Shown here: piece by piece, positions 62,480 through 64,000 of the stretch | Numbering within the stretch: position 1 is the first letter of the stretch | Layout of the letters: every line of letters begins with the position of its first letter | Assembly (NCBI GenBank): GCA_965208755.1 | Contig: OZ242353.1 | Location: 1,427,772-1,491,771, forward strand | Direction: 5' to 3' | From: Candidatus Multivorans sp. | Lineage (GTDB): Bacteria; Acidobacteriota; Thermoanaerobaculia; Multivoradales; Multivoraceae | Length of the DNA: 64,000 nt | Made by a program: the position numbers and the translations under genes | Notes under the pieces: model-generated | What the model was told of the DNA's origin: nothing | What the model saw: only the letters and a program-made list of their open reading frames with translations | The model's database searches: none

Positions 62480-64000
62480 GCGCGGTAGAGCCGACGAGCC
62501 TGCAGAAATGGCTGCTCGGGCTGCTGCTCCTGTGGGCGCTTGCCGTCCGCGTTCTCTTCAGTTGGCCGGACCCGACGATGAACCGGCTCTGGGACGAGCG
62601 CTACAACGCCGGCAACGTCGCCGCGATCCTGGCCCAGGACCAGTGGCGACCGGTGCGCACGCACTACCCGACGCTCTCCTACCTGCCCCACGCGGCGACC
62701 CTCAAGGTGTACGAGACCGCGCGCTCGCTGCCATGGCTCTCCTCCCTGCCGACGACGTTCGGCATCGCACCGGACGGGCGGCCCTACCTCACCCGGATGG
62801 CCGTGCGGGTCTCCCGGATCATCCAGACCCTGCTGGGCACCGCCTCCCTGTTCGTCGTGTTCCTGATCGGCCGGCGGTTGTTCGGCCCCTGGGTCGGTCT
62901 GGGCGCGACCTTCCTGCTCGCCGTCGCTCCCTGGCACATGCGCCAGTCGGGCGTGTTCAAGCCCGACATCATGCTGGTCCTGACCGCCGTGCTGACCCTC
63001 TACGCGATCCTCGCCGCGCGGCGAAGCGAGAGTCTCCGAGGGTACGCGATCGCCGGCGCCATGGTCGGCGCAACCGCCGCCGCCAAGTGGAACGGCGCGG
63101 CGCTGGCGTTGCCCCTGCTCGTCGCGATCGCCCTGGGCGGCGTCCGCGACATCGGTCTGCTGGTCCGCCGTACCGCGGCCGCGGCCGCCGGCGGCGCCGG
63201 CGTACTGCTTCTGCTCAATCCCTGGCTGGTGCTGGCGCCCGAGATGTACCGCCGCCATCTCGGGTCGACCGTCAACCACTACCGGGAGCGACTCGCCGAG
63301 GCAGGCGCCGGGCTATTCGATCAGCCGCTGAACGCGGTGACCAGCCTCGCAGGCGGCGTCTACTTCAGCCCCGTGCTCGGCGCATGCGGGCTCCTCGGCC
63401 TGGTGTGGATGCTCGTTCTCGCCCTGCGCGCCCGGCGCGAGATCCAGGGACCGCTGCCGGGCGAGCGGCTCGGCGCAACGGTGGCGGACGCATTCATCCT
63501 GGCCGTCTTCTTCGGCGGTTACGTCGTCTCCCTGTGGGTCGTCACGCGGTATCCCAAACCGCCCAACTGGTTGATCGTCGCGCCGGTCGTCGCCCTGGCC
63601 GGCGCCTGGTTCCTCGGCAAGCTGGTGCGCGTCGCCCGGGCCCTGCCGGAACGCCGGCTGACGCTCGTCGCCCTCGCCATCCTGGCTGTCGTCGCCGGAC
63701 TCGCCGGACTCGACAAGGCTGGCTTCCTCCACGCCTCGGTGTACGAAGAGAACGTCCCCCTGACTTCGGCGGAGGCCGCCCGAACGGCCGGAAGGCCGAA
63801 GCCACTCAGGGGACGGACCTTCATCAGCGAACTGCCGCTCGGGATCCAGGACTTCGACCCCCGAATCTGGAACGGGAACTACGTCGCCACACTGATCCGC
63901 ACGGACAGCATCGCGGCCGAGTCCGGGTCGGAACGGAGAACCGCGGACGTCCTGCTGTTCCCGGCGTCACGCCTCGCGCCCGGCCAGGACACCGTCTACC
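62476..64000 (+). CDS. Polytopic membrane protein, GT-C (ArnT/PMT-like) glycosyltransferase-like; 3' end cut by the window
   Basis: ATG at 62476 overlaps the upstream stop; many TM helices; open to the window end. Confidence 0.45.
   Translation, partial: MSAVEPTSLQKWLLGLLLLWALAVRVLFSWPDPTMNRLWDERYNAGNVAAILAQDQWRPVRTHYPTLSYLPHAATLKVYETARSLPWLSSLPTTFGIAPDGRPYLTRMAVRVSRIIQTLLGTASLFVVFLIGRRLFGPWVGLGATFLLAVAPWHMRQSGVFKPDIMLVLTAVLTLYAILAARRSESLRGYAIAGAMVGATAAAKWNGAALALPLLVAIALGGVRDIGLLVRRTAAAAAGGAGVLLLLNPWLVLAPEMYRRHLGSTVNHYRERLAEAGAGLFDQPLNAVTSLAGGVYFSPVLGACGLLGLVWMLVLALRARREIQGPLPGERLGATVADAFILAVFFGGYVVSLWVVTRYPKPPNWLIVAPVVALAGAWFLGKLVRVARALPERRLTLVALAILAVVAGLAGLDKAGFLHASVYEENVPLTSAEAARTAGRPKPLRGRTFISELPLGIQDFDPRIWNGNYVATLIRTDSIAAESGSERRTADVLLFPASRLAPGQDTVY

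Noticed and set aside
62314-63279. 321-aa minus-strand ORF and the 63313..63732 minus ORF
   Set aside because: Antisense to the polytopic membrane protein gene, which has a clean start overlapping the upstream stop and coherent TM-helix periodicity.
1-64000. tRNA, rRNA and tmRNA genes
   Set aside because: No T-arm-like GGTTCGA(A/T)TCC or cloverleaf-compatible segments were spotted in intergenic regions. This cannot be fully excluded without tRNAscan-SE or Infernal.

Overview
High-GC (about 68-70%) bacterial chromosomal window, mostly housekeeping genes, with two accessory islands, both defence-type. Island 1 (1..5650): the C-terminal MID-PIWI part of a prokaryotic Argonaute whose RNase-H catalytic positions are substituted (predicted inactive), then a 1136-aa MmeI-like single-chain nuclease/N6-adenine methyltransferase, then a hicB-hicA toxin-antitoxin pair. 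Island 2 (about 37160..55800) has a lower local GC and is heavily hit by insertion sequences. It holds a Phd/YefM-like orphan antitoxin, a type I RM locus (hsdM, hsdS, an embedded AlbA_2/HATPase/HTH gene, hsdR split by an IS4-family element with a 9-bp target duplication, and a DUF45/M48 peptidase), a HEPN-like gene split by an ISL3-family element, an IS5/IS427-group element with an A9 frameshift site and CTAG target duplication, and an 841-aa STAND (NB-ARC-like) NTPase. The STAND gene's N-terminal domain is unrecognised and carries an RNxxxHG (HEPN-like) motif. The core region encodes a penicillin-acylase-family lipoprotein, MoaB/MogA, pyrE, a stand-alone C-minus rpsN, an 8-gene Mrp/Mbh-type cation:proton antiporter operon in Mbh-like order, several secreted hydrolases and small-molecule enzymes. 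Non-coding structure: a 35-bp perfect tandem duplication, a 37-bp perfect inverted repeat around a 106-nt loop, and a roughly 105-bp double-hairpin element present twice (21.0 kb and 27.5 kb). I found no rRNA, tRNA or CRISPR array. Some boundary coordinates derived from reading the raw sequence may be off by a base or two; coordinates anchored to the ORF track are exact.
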